IMG/VR virus record: IMGVR_UViG_3300030708_002673
Span: 1-64,000 of that record
Source: a virus
Taxonomy: Duplodnaviria; Caudoviricetes
Length of the DNA: 64,000 nucleotides
Direction: 5' to 3' (one strand)
The translations under genes and the position numbers were made by a program. Positions 44,365 through 54,700 of the stretch are shown in pieces. The stretch's first letter is position 1. Each line of letters begins with the position of its first letter. The notes under the pieces are model-generated. The model was not told the DNA's origin. It searched no databases and saw nothing but the letters and a program-made list of their open reading frames with translations.

Positions 44365-46148
44365 GAAATATAAAACCACTAACTAGCGTAATAAAACAAA
44401 GAAATCTACAGGTTTCTAGACTTGAAGAACAAAGTCTGAGACTGAGGAAGAAACTTGTAAAGACGCGGGGAGAAGCATTTGAGAAGATCCAGGGACAACT
44501 TGGTAATACTTCTTCCTCTTCTGGTGGTGGTATTGGTCAGGGTCTTTTAGGTCTGGGTGGTGCTGCCCTTGGTGGCAGAATGCTTAGAGGTCTCAGGAAT
44601 AGGTTTAGAACACCTCCGAGAACTAAACCTGCCAATAAGATTGTTCCGACTAGGGGTCTTAGAGGTGGTGCTAAACCACGCATTCCATCTATCCGTGGTG
44701 GACTGCGAATGGGCAGGTTCAATGCCATTGCCACCACAGCACTGACTGGGGTTGATTATGGACTGAGACGGGCAGAGGGTCAAACCCAAACCCAGGCAGT
44801 CAGTGGTGCACTTAGTACAACAGCAGGTGGTTTGGCAGGTTTTGCCGCTGGTGCCAAAGGCGGTGCTCTACTTGGCGGATCTATTGGTGCACTTTTTGGT
44901 GGAGTTGGTGCTGCCCCTGGTGCTGCTATTGGCGGTCTTTTAGGTGGTTTACTTGGTAGTTTTGGTGGTGCAAACTTGGGTGCCGCTATTTCTGACAAGG
45001 TAACAGGAGCAGATCAACGGAGAAAGGTAGAGGAAAAGAAATCAAGACTTTCTGCGAGGACGAGTAAATTTGGTCGTACTGTTGAAGAATTTGATAATGC
45101 CTTAGATCGCTTTGATCTACTTACGAAGAAGAAAATTTACTTCATTGATGATGAGTACAATATTGATGTTGATGTAGATGGTGATGACGGTCCTCTTGAT
45201 CCTCGGATACCACGTCCACGTGGACCAAGACCTGGGGGACCAAAACCCGTCAAACTAGAGAAACCAGATAACATCTTTGAGGCAGAGATCCCTGGTGTAT
45301 CTGAGGAACACAAGGATGGGCGGAAGTTTAGGTATTCACGTGACTATGTTCCCACTGGACTTGACTACAGTGAGATTCCCAGCACACCTAGTAATAAGGT
45401 GGTGCCAGTTGATAACCTGCCTATACTTGTCAGACCATTCACTGAAAAGTTTGACCTTGAGGAAGGTAAGGGTGAACGACAACAAATTGACACTCCTTAT
45501 GGTGTACTAGTCCGTAAACCAGCAACGTTGTTTGCCCCGGCAGGTTTTCAGTTCTTGAACCGGGATGCTACAGAAGACAAGCGGTTCAGAACAGAGCAAA
45601 CAATCAAGTCTGCACCTGTGCAAGCAGTTGGTGGAGCGACTGGATTCTTGAGTTTTCTTAGCGTTTTCAGGGGTCTTAGGGGTCGTAGATCAACTACTAG
45701 GACAAGGAGCAACACGGAGATATTGGGTAAGGATGCTAAACCTACTCAACCACCTACGACTGCTCCTCCACGATCAGTCAAACGACGCACACGTGTTCGT
45801 CAGACAAACGTAAATCCAATCACGAAAAGACGGCAGACTGTACGAGAACAATTAGAAGAATCTAAAACAGGAGAAGTTACCGTTTCTAATCTTCGGATGT
45901 CCCAGGAGCAACTTGAAAACCTGTTCCGATCGCCATCTGCCTCAGCAACTGGCGGTACCAACTTCAATGCGATGATTCTTCCTTTGCTTGCCGGTGCCGC
46001 TGCTTTGGGAACACAGCAGGGGCAGGGATCTCAACAGATGCCATTCATGGTGTCTCCACCAGAATCTGAGAGTGTCATTACACCAGAAACTTCCATGCCT
46101 TACTCTAAATACCTTGAGTACGAATCTTATATGAAGGTCTGGAAATGA
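44361..46148 (+). CDS. Tape-measure-like protein with glycine-zipper segments
   Basis: GAKGGALLGGSIGALFGGVGAAPGAAIGGLLGGLLG; position in the hub operon. Confidence 0.55.
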   Translation: MRNIKPLTSVIKQRNLQVSRLEEQSLRLRKKLVKTRGEAFEKIQGQLGNTSSSSGGGIGQGLLGLGGAALGGRMLRGLRNRFRTPPRTKPANKIVPTRGLRGGAKPRIPSIRGGLRMGRFNAIATTALTGVDYGLRRAEGQTQTQAVSGALSTTAGGLAGFAAGAKGGALLGGSIGALFGGVGAAPGAAIGGLLGGLLGSFGGANLGAAISDKVTGADQRRKVEEKKSRLSARTSKFGRTVEEFDNALDRFDLLTKKKIYFIDDEYNIDVDVDGDDGPLDPRIPRPRGPRPGGPKPVKLEKPDNIFEAEIPGVSEEHKDGRKFRYSRDYVPTGLDYSEIPSTPSNKVVPVDNLPILVRPFTEKFDLEEGKGERQQIDTPYGVLVRKPATLFAPAGFQFLNRDATEDKRFRTEQTIKSAPVQAVGGATGFLSFLSVFRGLRGRRSTTRTRSNTEILGKDAKPTQPPTTAPPRSVKRRTRVRQTNVNPITKRRQTVREQLEESKTGEVTVSNLRMSQEQLENLFRSPSASATGGTNFNAMILPLLAGAAALGTQQGQGSQQMPFMVSPPESESVITPETSMPYSKYLEYESYMKVWK

Positions 46149-47398
46149 AGTGGTTGAACGGCTATCAAGCTAAGACACTAAATGTATTTCCAGAAGGCAA
46201 AGAACCCTTTTCCTTGATCGGTCAGTTTCAGGGTCTTAGGTATGAGGAGGGAGTTGGTAGGACTCTAAAGGTCACTATCATGATTGCCGACACCTTTGGG
46301 TTGTCGCAAGCATTGCCTATTAGAGCTGGCAATAAGGTTGAGGTTTCATTTACTCACCCTAGTGTCAAAGAACCATTCGAGTTCTCTGCTAAGAAGAAGA
46401 ATGAGTTGCTGATTGCAAATATCGCCAGTGAGATGGGCAACTCCAAGCGACACATGTATATCTTGGAGTGTGTTACCAAGACAACCATGTCTAACTTGAC
46501 TACTAGGGTAATCAAGAGATATAAGGGCAAGATTACTGATAGTGTTGAGAAGGTTCTAAAAGATGTGCTGGAGGTTGATCCTAGTAGGATTGATATCCCA
46601 CATCCTGCCATGAATGAATATACATTCACTGGTAACTACAATCCACCACTGAAGCAGATCAGCAGACTGGCATCTAAATGTGTTGGTGAGCAGAAGGGCA
46701 AGTCATCTGCCGAGAGTGGTAGTGCTGGTTATGTCTTATGTGAGAGTGAGCGTAAAGGATATAAGTTCTTCTCTGTCGATAAGGCATTGCAGGAAGAAGC
46801 AACACATGGTTACGAGCAACTTGCACACTTTGATTCAACAAAGATCAATAACTTTGCTGCTGTAGATACACCAAGATTTGTGGAAAGTCATGATATCATC
46901 AAAAAGTTGATGGTAGGACAATACAAGTCTGCTAACTGGTACTATAATATTATTGATCGCACTCCACACTTCGTAGAATATAGTTACAAGGATAGTAAAC
47001 TGGATTCTGCAAACGAAGATCAGTATATCCCCAATGACATTGATGAGAAGTATTCAAGAATCTTTCTAAATGTTCTTGATGTTGGTGCGATGAGTGAGAA
47101 GAAGGCAGAACTGAAGACCCCTGCGGAGACCATTGCCTGGCGTCAGGCACATGCAACCGGAAGATTTCAGTCTCTTTTCTCTCAGTCACTGGAGTTGACT
47201 GTCCCGATGAACTTGGATTTACAAGTTGGAATGATCATAAAAATGGCATTCCCACTACTAAATAGTGAGTCAACGGGCATGAACCCCTCATCCGGTAACT
47301 ACATGGTCGCTAAACTCGCCCATGTATTCGGGGACCCCCGTGGTGATGTTACCGGACTCTCATTAGTCAGAGATTCTTTCGCATTCTATTCCAAATGA
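46145..47398 (+). CDS. Baseplate hub protein (gp27/late control D-like)
   Basis: Size, position before gene 5, LTVPMNLDLQVGMII and SGNYMV..L.H motifs. Confidence 0.6.
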   Translation: MKWLNGYQAKTLNVFPEGKEPFSLIGQFQGLRYEEGVGRTLKVTIMIADTFGLSQALPIRAGNKVEVSFTHPSVKEPFEFSAKKKNELLIANIASEMGNSKRHMYILECVTKTTMSNLTTRVIKRYKGKITDSVEKVLKDVLEVDPSRIDIPHPAMNEYTFTGNYNPPLKQISRLASKCVGEQKGKSSAESGSAGYVLCESERKGYKFFSVDKALQEEATHGYEQLAHFDSTKINNFAAVDTPRFVESHDIIKKLMVGQYKSANWYYNIIDRTPHFVEYSYKDSKLDSANEDQYIPNDIDEKYSRIFLNVLDVGAMSEKKAELKTPAETIAWRQAHATGRFQSLFSQSLELTVPMNLDLQVGMIIKMAFPLLNSESTGMNPSSGNYMVAKLAHVFGDPRGDVTGLSLVRDSFAFYSK

Positions 47399-47604
47399 GC
47401 GAATTCATTGACAAGGACGGGAAAGAGCACGTCAATCACGGCATGCTTGAGTACACACAAGACGATCTCAAAATGCACGGTTTCATGGATAAGCATGAAG
47501 GCGAGGAAGATGATGGGTGGAAAGCACGTCATCGTGACCAAGTTTTAGAAAAGTATTGCGATAACCATCCCGATGCTCTCGAATGCCGTGTATATGACGA
47601 GTGA
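47395..47604 (+). CDS. CP12-like small protein
   Basis: C-terminus LEKYCDNHPDALECRVYDE matches the CP12 C-terminal Cys-pair motif. Confidence 0.7.
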   Translation: MSEFIDKDGKEHVNHGMLEYTQDDLKMHGFMDKHEGEEDDGWKARHRDQVLEKYCDNHPDALECRVYDE

Positions 47605-49805
47605 TGATTGACGACCGGGGTATTGAATCTAAATTTGCAGGACGTGACGGGTTTCACTGGTTCATTGGCCAGGTTCCTGTTGATCCTGCATGGAGAGAAT
47701 TTCCTGGCGACAAACAATCACGTAAGTATGGTTATCGCGTCAAGGTAAGAGTTCTAGGCAAACATCCAGGCACAGATGATGTCAAGGATGAAGAGTTGCC
47801 ATGGGCACACATCCTGGTCCCTGCTAGTCAGGGTGCAGGTGTGAACTATGCTGGTGTTAGTAACTTCATCCAGGGTGGAGAAACTGTTATCGGTTTCTAT
47901 GCTGACGGTGAAGATGCTCAACAACCAATCATTCTTGGCGCTTTATACCAACATTCTCTGATCAAGGATGTACTGAAGTGGGACGATGTTCTAGAAAAAG
48001 GAACATCTGGATTCTCAGCGATCACAGTTGATTCTGTGTTAGAGACTGGTGGTTCAGAGACTGCTCTGGGTGCCAGTGTCCGTCCTACACACAAACTCAG
48101 ACCTGCTGAGGTTGGCAGTATTCCTAATAATGATCAAGAGATTGATGATGACAACGGCAAACCAATACAGACGACTGCTCGTCACATTTTAGACAAACCT
48201 GTTGAGATCAGGAAAGCAGTCAAATGTGACGTTCCCAAGTCTGCTATGGGTGACGTTGCAAAGACCATGTCGTCTTTCATTGAAGTCATCAAAGGTCTTG
48301 AGGAGACTAAAGAGGGATTCATTGACCCTATCCTGAATAGGGCGGTGAACATCGATAAGATCATTGATGAGGCATCTGCCAGAATCTCTGGCAACATGAG
48401 TGGTTTCATCAGACGAGCACGCTCAGACCTGTTTGCAAACATTGATGAGGAAGTCGGTAAGGCACTGACCTTCCTGTCTCCAGATAATTTGATCAAGAAA
48501 ATTGAACTAAAGAAGCAGAAGGACATTGCCTACTGCTTGATGGAGAACGTTATCAACGGTCTCCGTGACATGATCGGTGGATTCCTGAAAGGAATGCTTG
48601 GCAAGATCATCAACTTCCCACTCTGCGCGGCGGAACAGTTTTTGGGTGGTTTGATCTCCAAGATTACTGACACGATCCAGGGTGTTCTTGGTCCGGTGAT
48701 GGGTGCTATTGGATCATTGGCAGGTATCGCTCTGCCTAACTTCAGCAATATCATGAACAAAGCAACCGGTGCACTTCAGGCAGGTCTGAAGTTGATGAAG
48801 TGTGAAGGATCTGAGTGTGATCCCCAACCCTTCGACTGGGCAGCAAACGTTGGACCTGATCCGAAGAAGGTTCTGGACCTGAAGCGTATGTTGGACGTGG
48901 GTGGTTTGATTGATGGTATTGATAAGGGCGTAGAAGGTTTCCTTGAAGATACTTTCCCATTCATTGGACAAGCGAAGGGAATCGCTGATTCCATTACCGG
49001 TTCTGTTGGGCAGGTTGCTGGTGTTGTTGACACCATCCAAGGAACAGTGGAGCGAGTCGGTAGTGCTGGCAAGATCCTGGGTGGTGTAACTGCTGAACTG
49101 GCAGGTGGTTGTAATACCAGTGCATTTGAGTGTGGACCACCAAGCATCGAAATCTTCGGTGGCGGCGGAATTGGTGCTGCTGCTAAGGCAGTGGTCAATT
49201 CAGTTGGTGAAGTTGTCGGTGCAAATATGGAAGATCTCGGGTTAGGGTTCGACGATGTACCATTTGTTTCTATTGTTGACCGTTGTAATAATGGTCGGGG
49301 TGCTACAGGCACCGCTGTCGTCAAAGACGGTAAAGTTACTAACATTATTATTACTAACCCTGGTTCTGGGTATCTTGGTGGGGGAACTGTCACTGTCGAT
49401 ACACTTACGCCTACAGGGGTGGACTCTGATGGCAATGTGATTCAGGAAGTAGTCCAGACTGAAACGCAAAGACCTGGTGGATCTGCCGATGGTGAACAAG
49501 TAATTGGACAGGTTGAGGGCATTCAAGTCATCAATACTGGTAATGATTATGAGGAAGGTGATACTATTGTCACTGAAAATGGTGGGGTATTGACTCCAAT
49601 TATTGAAAATGGTAGAATTCTAGGTGCAACAGGTGTCGTAGACGTTGGTCTCGACAGAATTCCTGCACTGAAAATCAAGTCTAAGACTGGTTTTGGTGCA
49701 TATATTCGACCCATAACTAAGTTTACGAAGATTGAGCAGTATGAGAAACCTCTGCTGCCGACCGCTCAGGTCATCACTGTCATTGACTGCCCGAAAGGTT
49801 ACTAA
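47604..49805 (+). CDS. 5: Baseplate hub/spike protein gp5 (OB-fold, no lysozyme domain seen)
   Basis: GRDGFHWFIG, RVKVRVLG.H, LPWA.I..P, GETVIGFY.DGEDAQQPII.G. Confidence 0.85.
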   Translation: MIDDRGIESKFAGRDGFHWFIGQVPVDPAWREFPGDKQSRKYGYRVKVRVLGKHPGTDDVKDEELPWAHILVPASQGAGVNYAGVSNFIQGGETVIGFYADGEDAQQPIILGALYQHSLIKDVLKWDDVLEKGTSGFSAITVDSVLETGGSETALGASVRPTHKLRPAEVGSIPNNDQEIDDDNGKPIQTTARHILDKPVEIRKAVKCDVPKSAMGDVAKTMSSFIEVIKGLEETKEGFIDPILNRAVNIDKIIDEASARISGNMSGFIRRARSDLFANIDEEVGKALTFLSPDNLIKKIELKKQKDIAYCLMENVINGLRDMIGGFLKGMLGKIINFPLCAAEQFLGGLISKITDTIQGVLGPVMGAIGSLAGIALPNFSNIMNKATGALQAGLKLMKCEGSECDPQPFDWAANVGPDPKKVLDLKRMLDVGGLIDGIDKGVEGFLEDTFPFIGQAKGIADSITGSVGQVAGVVDTIQGTVERVGSAGKILGGVTAELAGGCNTSAFECGPPSIEIFGGGGIGAAAKAVVNSVGEVVGANMEDLGLGFDDVPFVSIVDRCNNGRGATGTAVVKDGKVTNIIITNPGSGYLGGGTVTVDTLTPTGVDSDGNVIQEVVQTETQRPGGSADGEQVIGQVEGIQVINTGNDYEEGDTIVTENGGVLTPIIENGRILGATGVVDVGLDRIPALKIKSKTGFGAYIRPITKFTKIEQYEKPLLPTAQVITVIDCPKGY

Positions 49806-50335
49806 TGTCTAAGTCACCCCCATATATCATCAACCATCCTGAGGATGGTTCTTTCCGTATTGGTAGGGAAGAAGATGGCAAGGCAGTGCGGAAGGCACAA
49901 GTCTGTGCTGTTGCTGGATCTGCTGCATCCTTGCGGATCTTCGAGGATGGTGGGTGGGAACTACGTGCCACCGAAAACGACCAAGGTTCCAACATTATTC
50001 AGACTGGTGCCGGTCCCATCAATATCAAGTCTGATGGGGATGTGAACATCGACTGCAAGGGAACGTTTTCGGTGATGGCAAAGGACATCATCATGAAAGC
50101 AACTGATGCGAAGATTGGTGACATCTTCTTGCATGCCGAGCATGACATTCATTTGCAGGGCAAAAACTTTGCTAAATTGATTGGGCACAACACCACGGTC
50201 ACTGCAAATGACAAGTTGATTACGAACTCTAAAGGTTTCAACTTTATTATTGGAGACATGGTTCGTATCCATGAACCACAGTCTAAACTCATTCCTGGTC
50301 CACTCGGGGACTACATCAACTCTCTCGTAGAATAA
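49805..50335 (+). CDS. Gp5-associated beta-helix-like structural protein
   Basis: Short beta repeats (INIKSDGDVNIDCKG..., IHLQG); coupled to gene 5. Confidence 0.55.
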   Translation: MSKSPPYIINHPEDGSFRIGREEDGKAVRKAQVCAVAGSAASLRIFEDGGWELRATENDQGSNIIQTGAGPINIKSDGDVNIDCKGTFSVMAKDIIMKATDAKIGDIFLHAEHDIHLQGKNFAKLIGHNTTVTANDKLITNSKGFNFIIGDMVRIHEPQSKLIPGPLGDYINSLVE

Positions 50336-51156
50336 TGGCAGGCATTAGAGACATTGAGACCGGCAAGGTCTACATCGGCAGAGAAATCCCAGCGAAACTG
50401 GATACTGCTGCTGACACCTTGGACGGTGATGCACCCTTCAATGGCACGTTGGTTGCTACTGGACCTGTTATAGCAGGGAAGCATTCCGGATATGCTAAAG
50501 CAACTGTAAATATTGGGACGGATCTCGATAAGTTCAAGTCTGGTGTCAGTGGCAGAGCACTCCAGGTTGACGGCGATGTTGAGGTCATCGGTGAAGAAGC
50601 GGTAAACGCTGTATACATCGACGGTGATGTATATGTTACGGGTGCAGTTGACTGTTTGAACAAGGGAAGACTGGCATCCAGGTTCTCTACAGCAGACTCT
50701 CTGGGTAAGTCATTCGACATCCAGCACCCCACTCAGGAAGGTCGCAGACTTCGCTACGCATGTATCGAGGGACCGGAAGTCGCTGTGTATCACCGTGGCA
50801 GACTGACTGGTAGCAATGAGATCACCCTGCCTGAATACTGGGTGAACCTGGTGCATGAAAACAGCATCACAGTTTCTATTACATGTATTGGTTCACAGCA
50901 GGACATCATTGTCACAGACTTTGACAATGTCCGTGTTGTGCTGAAGCATGTCGGTGGCAATGCTTCTGGTGCAGATATCGACTGTTTTTACCATGTTTAC
51001 GGTGAGAGGAAGGATATCAACCCCCTCATCACCAATTACGAAGGCAAAACTTGGGAAGATTATCCCGATCCCAACGTGTTTATGGCACCCGATGATGAAG
51101 AACGGAACATTTTGGATGAACGTTATCGCGGACCACAGAACACAATTACAAAATAG
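50335..51156 (+). CDS. Structural protein with C-terminal intramolecular-chaperone-like domain
   Basis: KSFDIQHP..EGRRLRYACIEGPE..VY.RG.L, I.LPEYW..LV. Confidence 0.65.
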   Translation: MAGIRDIETGKVYIGREIPAKLDTAADTLDGDAPFNGTLVATGPVIAGKHSGYAKATVNIGTDLDKFKSGVSGRALQVDGDVEVIGEEAVNAVYIDGDVYVTGAVDCLNKGRLASRFSTADSLGKSFDIQHPTQEGRRLRYACIEGPEVAVYHRGRLTGSNEITLPEYWVNLVHENSITVSITCIGSQQDIIVTDFDNVRVVLKHVGGNASGADIDCFYHVYGERKDINPLITNYEGKTWEDYPDPNVFMAPDDEERNILDERYRGPQNTITK

Positions 51157-51188
51157 TATGCTATAATAGAAGAAATATCATACTTTAG

Positions 51189-51428
51189 ATGACAACAATT
51201 GAATTTCGAGGAAAAGTAACTGTTGATGGGATCATTGATCTCCCTGAGGAGTGGTATGGCAAAGTGGATGAAAATAACATCCACGTTCAACTGACCCCGA
51301 ACTCTTGCTTCCAGGAATTGTTTGTGGAGTCAATCCCTTATGGTAGAACTGTAAAGGTTCGTAATCAAGGCGGTGGGAAAATCGACGCATTTTTTACTGT
51401 TACAGCGGTGTTGACAACAGAAGACTGA
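51189..51428 (+). CDS. Stand-alone short homolog of the preceding C-terminal domain
   Basis: FRGKV...GIIDLPEEWYGKVDENNIHVQLTP aligns by eye with HRGRL..SNEITLPEYWVNLVHENSITVSIT; extended -10 TGCTATAAT at 51159-67. Confidence 0.6.
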   Translation: MTTIEFRGKVTVDGIIDLPEEWYGKVDENNIHVQLTPNSCFQELFVESIPYGRTVKVRNQGGGKIDAFFTVTAVLTTED

Positions 51429-51439
51429 AGAAGTATAAT
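51411..51439 (+). promoter_or_regulatory. Consensus sigma70 promoter inside the structural module
   Basis: TTGACA(51411-16)-N17-TATAAT(51434-39). Confidence 0.8.
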
Positions 51440-51464
51440 AATAGAGTTCCAGCATAGGACGCTT

Positions 51465-51653
51465 ATGTTTGATTCCGAGCACGTGACTAAGATCGAAGTC
51501 AACGTTCCTGCTCGAAAGTTTACAATCCACGGGTCTGATGGGGCGATCAGAGAACTGGAATGTCCAGAAACAGAACAATTTATGAATGTCTGGGAGGTAG
51601 CACAGCTAGCGGTCGAGATTGATGATGAAATCGAGATGACTAGTTGCATTTGA
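51465..51653 (+). CDS. Small acidic hypothetical protein
   Basis: 62 aa directly after the promoter. Confidence 0.7.
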   Translation: MFDSEHVTKIEVNVPARKFTIHGSDGAIRELECPETEQFMNVWEVAQLAVEIDDEIEMTSCI

Positions 51654-51673
51654 CCTGGTCCAGACACTGTTCC

Positions 51674-51679
51674 TAAATA
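51674..51679 (+). promoter_or_regulatory. Late promoter
   Basis: CTAAATA 33 nt before ATG 51712. Confidence 0.6.
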
Positions 51680-51711
51680 ATCTGAAGGAATGGTGTCTGG
51701 ACTCATAGGTA

Positions 51712-54700
51712 ATGCCTCTCAGTAGACTTGAAAACTTCCTGAAGAATATTCAGGGCAATGTCATCTACGTCAATCCAGAAGAACTGGATGCCACAGATGA
51801 TATTAGTAACACGGGTAATTCGAGAACCCGTCCGTTCAAGACTATCCAGCGGGCTCTTATTGAGTCCGCTAGATTTTCTTACCAATTGGGTAAGAACAAC
51901 GACAAGTTTGACAAGACTACGATTGTAGTTTCGCCTGGTGTTCACTATGTTGATAACCGTCCTGGTTATCAGATCAACACCTCAGGTACTGTCACTGACG
52001 TAACCGGTGCTTCGCAAAGTATCGCAGAACTTGGTGTCGGTGCCAACTTCAATATTCAAGACTCCAACAACGTACTGTACCACTTCAACAGTGCGAATGG
52101 TGGTGTCATCATGCCACGTGGTACTTCAATCTGTGGTTCTGATCTACGTAAGACAAAGATTAGACCAAAGTATGTACCAGATCCACTAAACAACAGCATT
52201 CCTTCCACCGCACTGTTCCGTGTAACTGGCGGTTGTTACTTCCGGGAGTTTACCCTGTTTGATGGTGATCCTGCTGACAGGATCTATAAAGATTACACCA
52301 CAAACGTCTACGCTCCTACCTATTCTCACCACAAACTCACCTGCTTTGAGTATGCAGATGGTGTGAATAAGATGGATGGTAAGGGTCTGACCGACCTTGA
52401 CATGTATTATGCCAAGTTGACTCTGGCATATGGTAATGCATCTGGTCGTGCGATCCCCACTTATCCTACTAACGACGACTTTGAGCAAGTTGTTGATGAA
52501 TCTCGGATTGTTGGTGCCATTTCTAACGTTGGTGCGATCCGGATTCAGGATATTTACTCTGGTGTCAACTCTTCTGACCCCACTGCGACCACTATTGTAA
52601 CTGTCCGTACCAGTGAGACACATGGTCTTACTGTTGCTACACCTATCAACATCAAGGGTGTTGCTGGCAATAGTAATGTCAATGGCACTGAATATGATGG
52701 TGTGCATGTTGTTTCTCAGGTTCTGAGCGACACACTGTTCACTTATTCTGTAACTACTGCCCCTGCAACTACTGCTACTCCTAACCTTAGTGGTCTTTCT
52801 CCCACTGTCACGGTTGAGAGTGACACTGTTACTAGTGCATCCCCCTATATTTTCAACTGCTCTCTCCGTTCTGTCTTTGGCATCAACGGTCTGCATGCTG
52901 ATGGTAGCAAGGCAACTGGATTCAAATCCATGGTGCTTGCACAGTTCACGGGTGTGTCCCTGAACAAAGATGACAATGCATTTGTAAAATATAATGTAAC
53001 CAGTGGTGTTTATGAAGATCAGGCAGCATTAGGAACCAGCACCATCCTGCACACGGATGGTATGGCACGCCATAAACCTGATTGGCAGAACTTCCACATC
53101 AAGGCATCCAACAACGCACAACTTCAGTTGGTGTCTGTGTTTGCCGTGGGTTGTGGACACCACTTCATCAATGAGTCTGGTTCTGACTCCTCCATCACCA
53201 ACTCTAACTCCAACTTTGGTGCGTGCGCCCTGTTGTGTGACGGTTTCAAGGATGATGCATTCCAGAAAGATGACCAAGGTTACATCACTGGAATCCTTCC
53301 TACTCAAAAGAACTTTGGTAAAGAGACTACATTCAACTGGTTGAAACTGGATGTAGATGATACTGCTGCTGCGGCAGATACGAAACTGTATCTCCGCGAC
53401 TTCAAGCAACGTGATGATGTTCCTATCGTTACTGCATCAAAATACTTTGTTGGTAACAAAGTTGGTGACCTCCTGCAACTGAACATCAACGGTCAGGTCA
53501 CCTCTGCTGAGATCATGATGACTGTGCCAAATGGCACAACTGCTGCAAGTGGTAAGAAGGAGTTCCTAGTTGGACGTGCTTCTGGTATCAGCAGTATCTC
53601 CAGTGACATCCTGACACTGCAATGCCCTGGGCAGACTCACAACCTGTTCACTGGTGAATCCGTCTGCTTCTATGCTGATGACGGTGCACTTCCTGATGGT
53701 ATTGATTACAACCGGAAGTATTATGTAATCGCTAACCCGGTTGCAAATGAGAACGATAAGATCAAGATTGCAACCAGTAAGGACAATGCCCTTGCTAATG
53801 TTGCTCTCACTGGCATCAACAATGCTGGTGGTCAACTGAGAGTTGTCTCTCGCGTTATTGACAAAGAACCCGGAGAACCGGGTCACCCCATTCAGTATGA
53901 TGCTACTGGTTGGTATGTGAATGTCAAGACTGGCAACACACTACACGATAAGGTCAAGGTCAACCAGTCCTCCATCAGTCCTGAGACTCCTGCAACCTTC
54001 ATCACTCGTAAGATTGATGACCGCCAGGACATCGAGGCAATCTACCGTCTGCGGTATGTGCTGCCTGATGCTTCTGCTATTGCAGCACCTCCACAGAATG
54101 GTTATGTCATTCAAGATAGTGGCACAGTCATTGATGACACCAACTTCCAGAACGAGAATAATGTTCTGAGCAGTGATCTGGATCTCCGCACGGAGACTTA
54201 TATCACCAATGCTTCATGGAACGGCAACATTGGTTTCATCACCTGTCGCCATCCCCACCGCCTGCATCATGGTCAGTTGATTCAGATCAACAGACTGCGT
54301 TCCGAGAATAACGTCCATGGCGAAGCAAACTCAGGTTATAACGGTCTGCACTATGTTTCGCAGATCATTGATAAGAAGTCTTTCCGAATCGGTATCAACA
54401 CGGATCCGGGCGGTATTACTACCATCTCCACGGGTATTCCTTACACGACTCATGATAACAGTGTCGTTGGTTCTGGTCGCACGTTCTCTCCTTACTTTGT
54501 AAGGAAAGAGTATGGTAATGCCTATCAGATTTTCAACCATGAGGTAGTCCAGGAGCACAAACCTGGTGTTCAGGATGGTGTGTATGACCTCACCATGCTG
54601 GGTTACCACTCCACTCCTGACCTGGCACCATTCAACATTGACAGGAACCGGTTCCCCCAGAACATCAACTATCTGAAACCAGTTGTTGATGTTGATGCTG

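Noticed and set aside
48776-49435. 219-aa Pro/Thr-rich antisense ORF in gene 5
   Set aside because: Reverse complement of Gly/Val-rich codons
52186-52896. 236-aa antisense ORF, and similar ones to 55359, in the giant virion gene
   Set aside because: Codon-bias shadows
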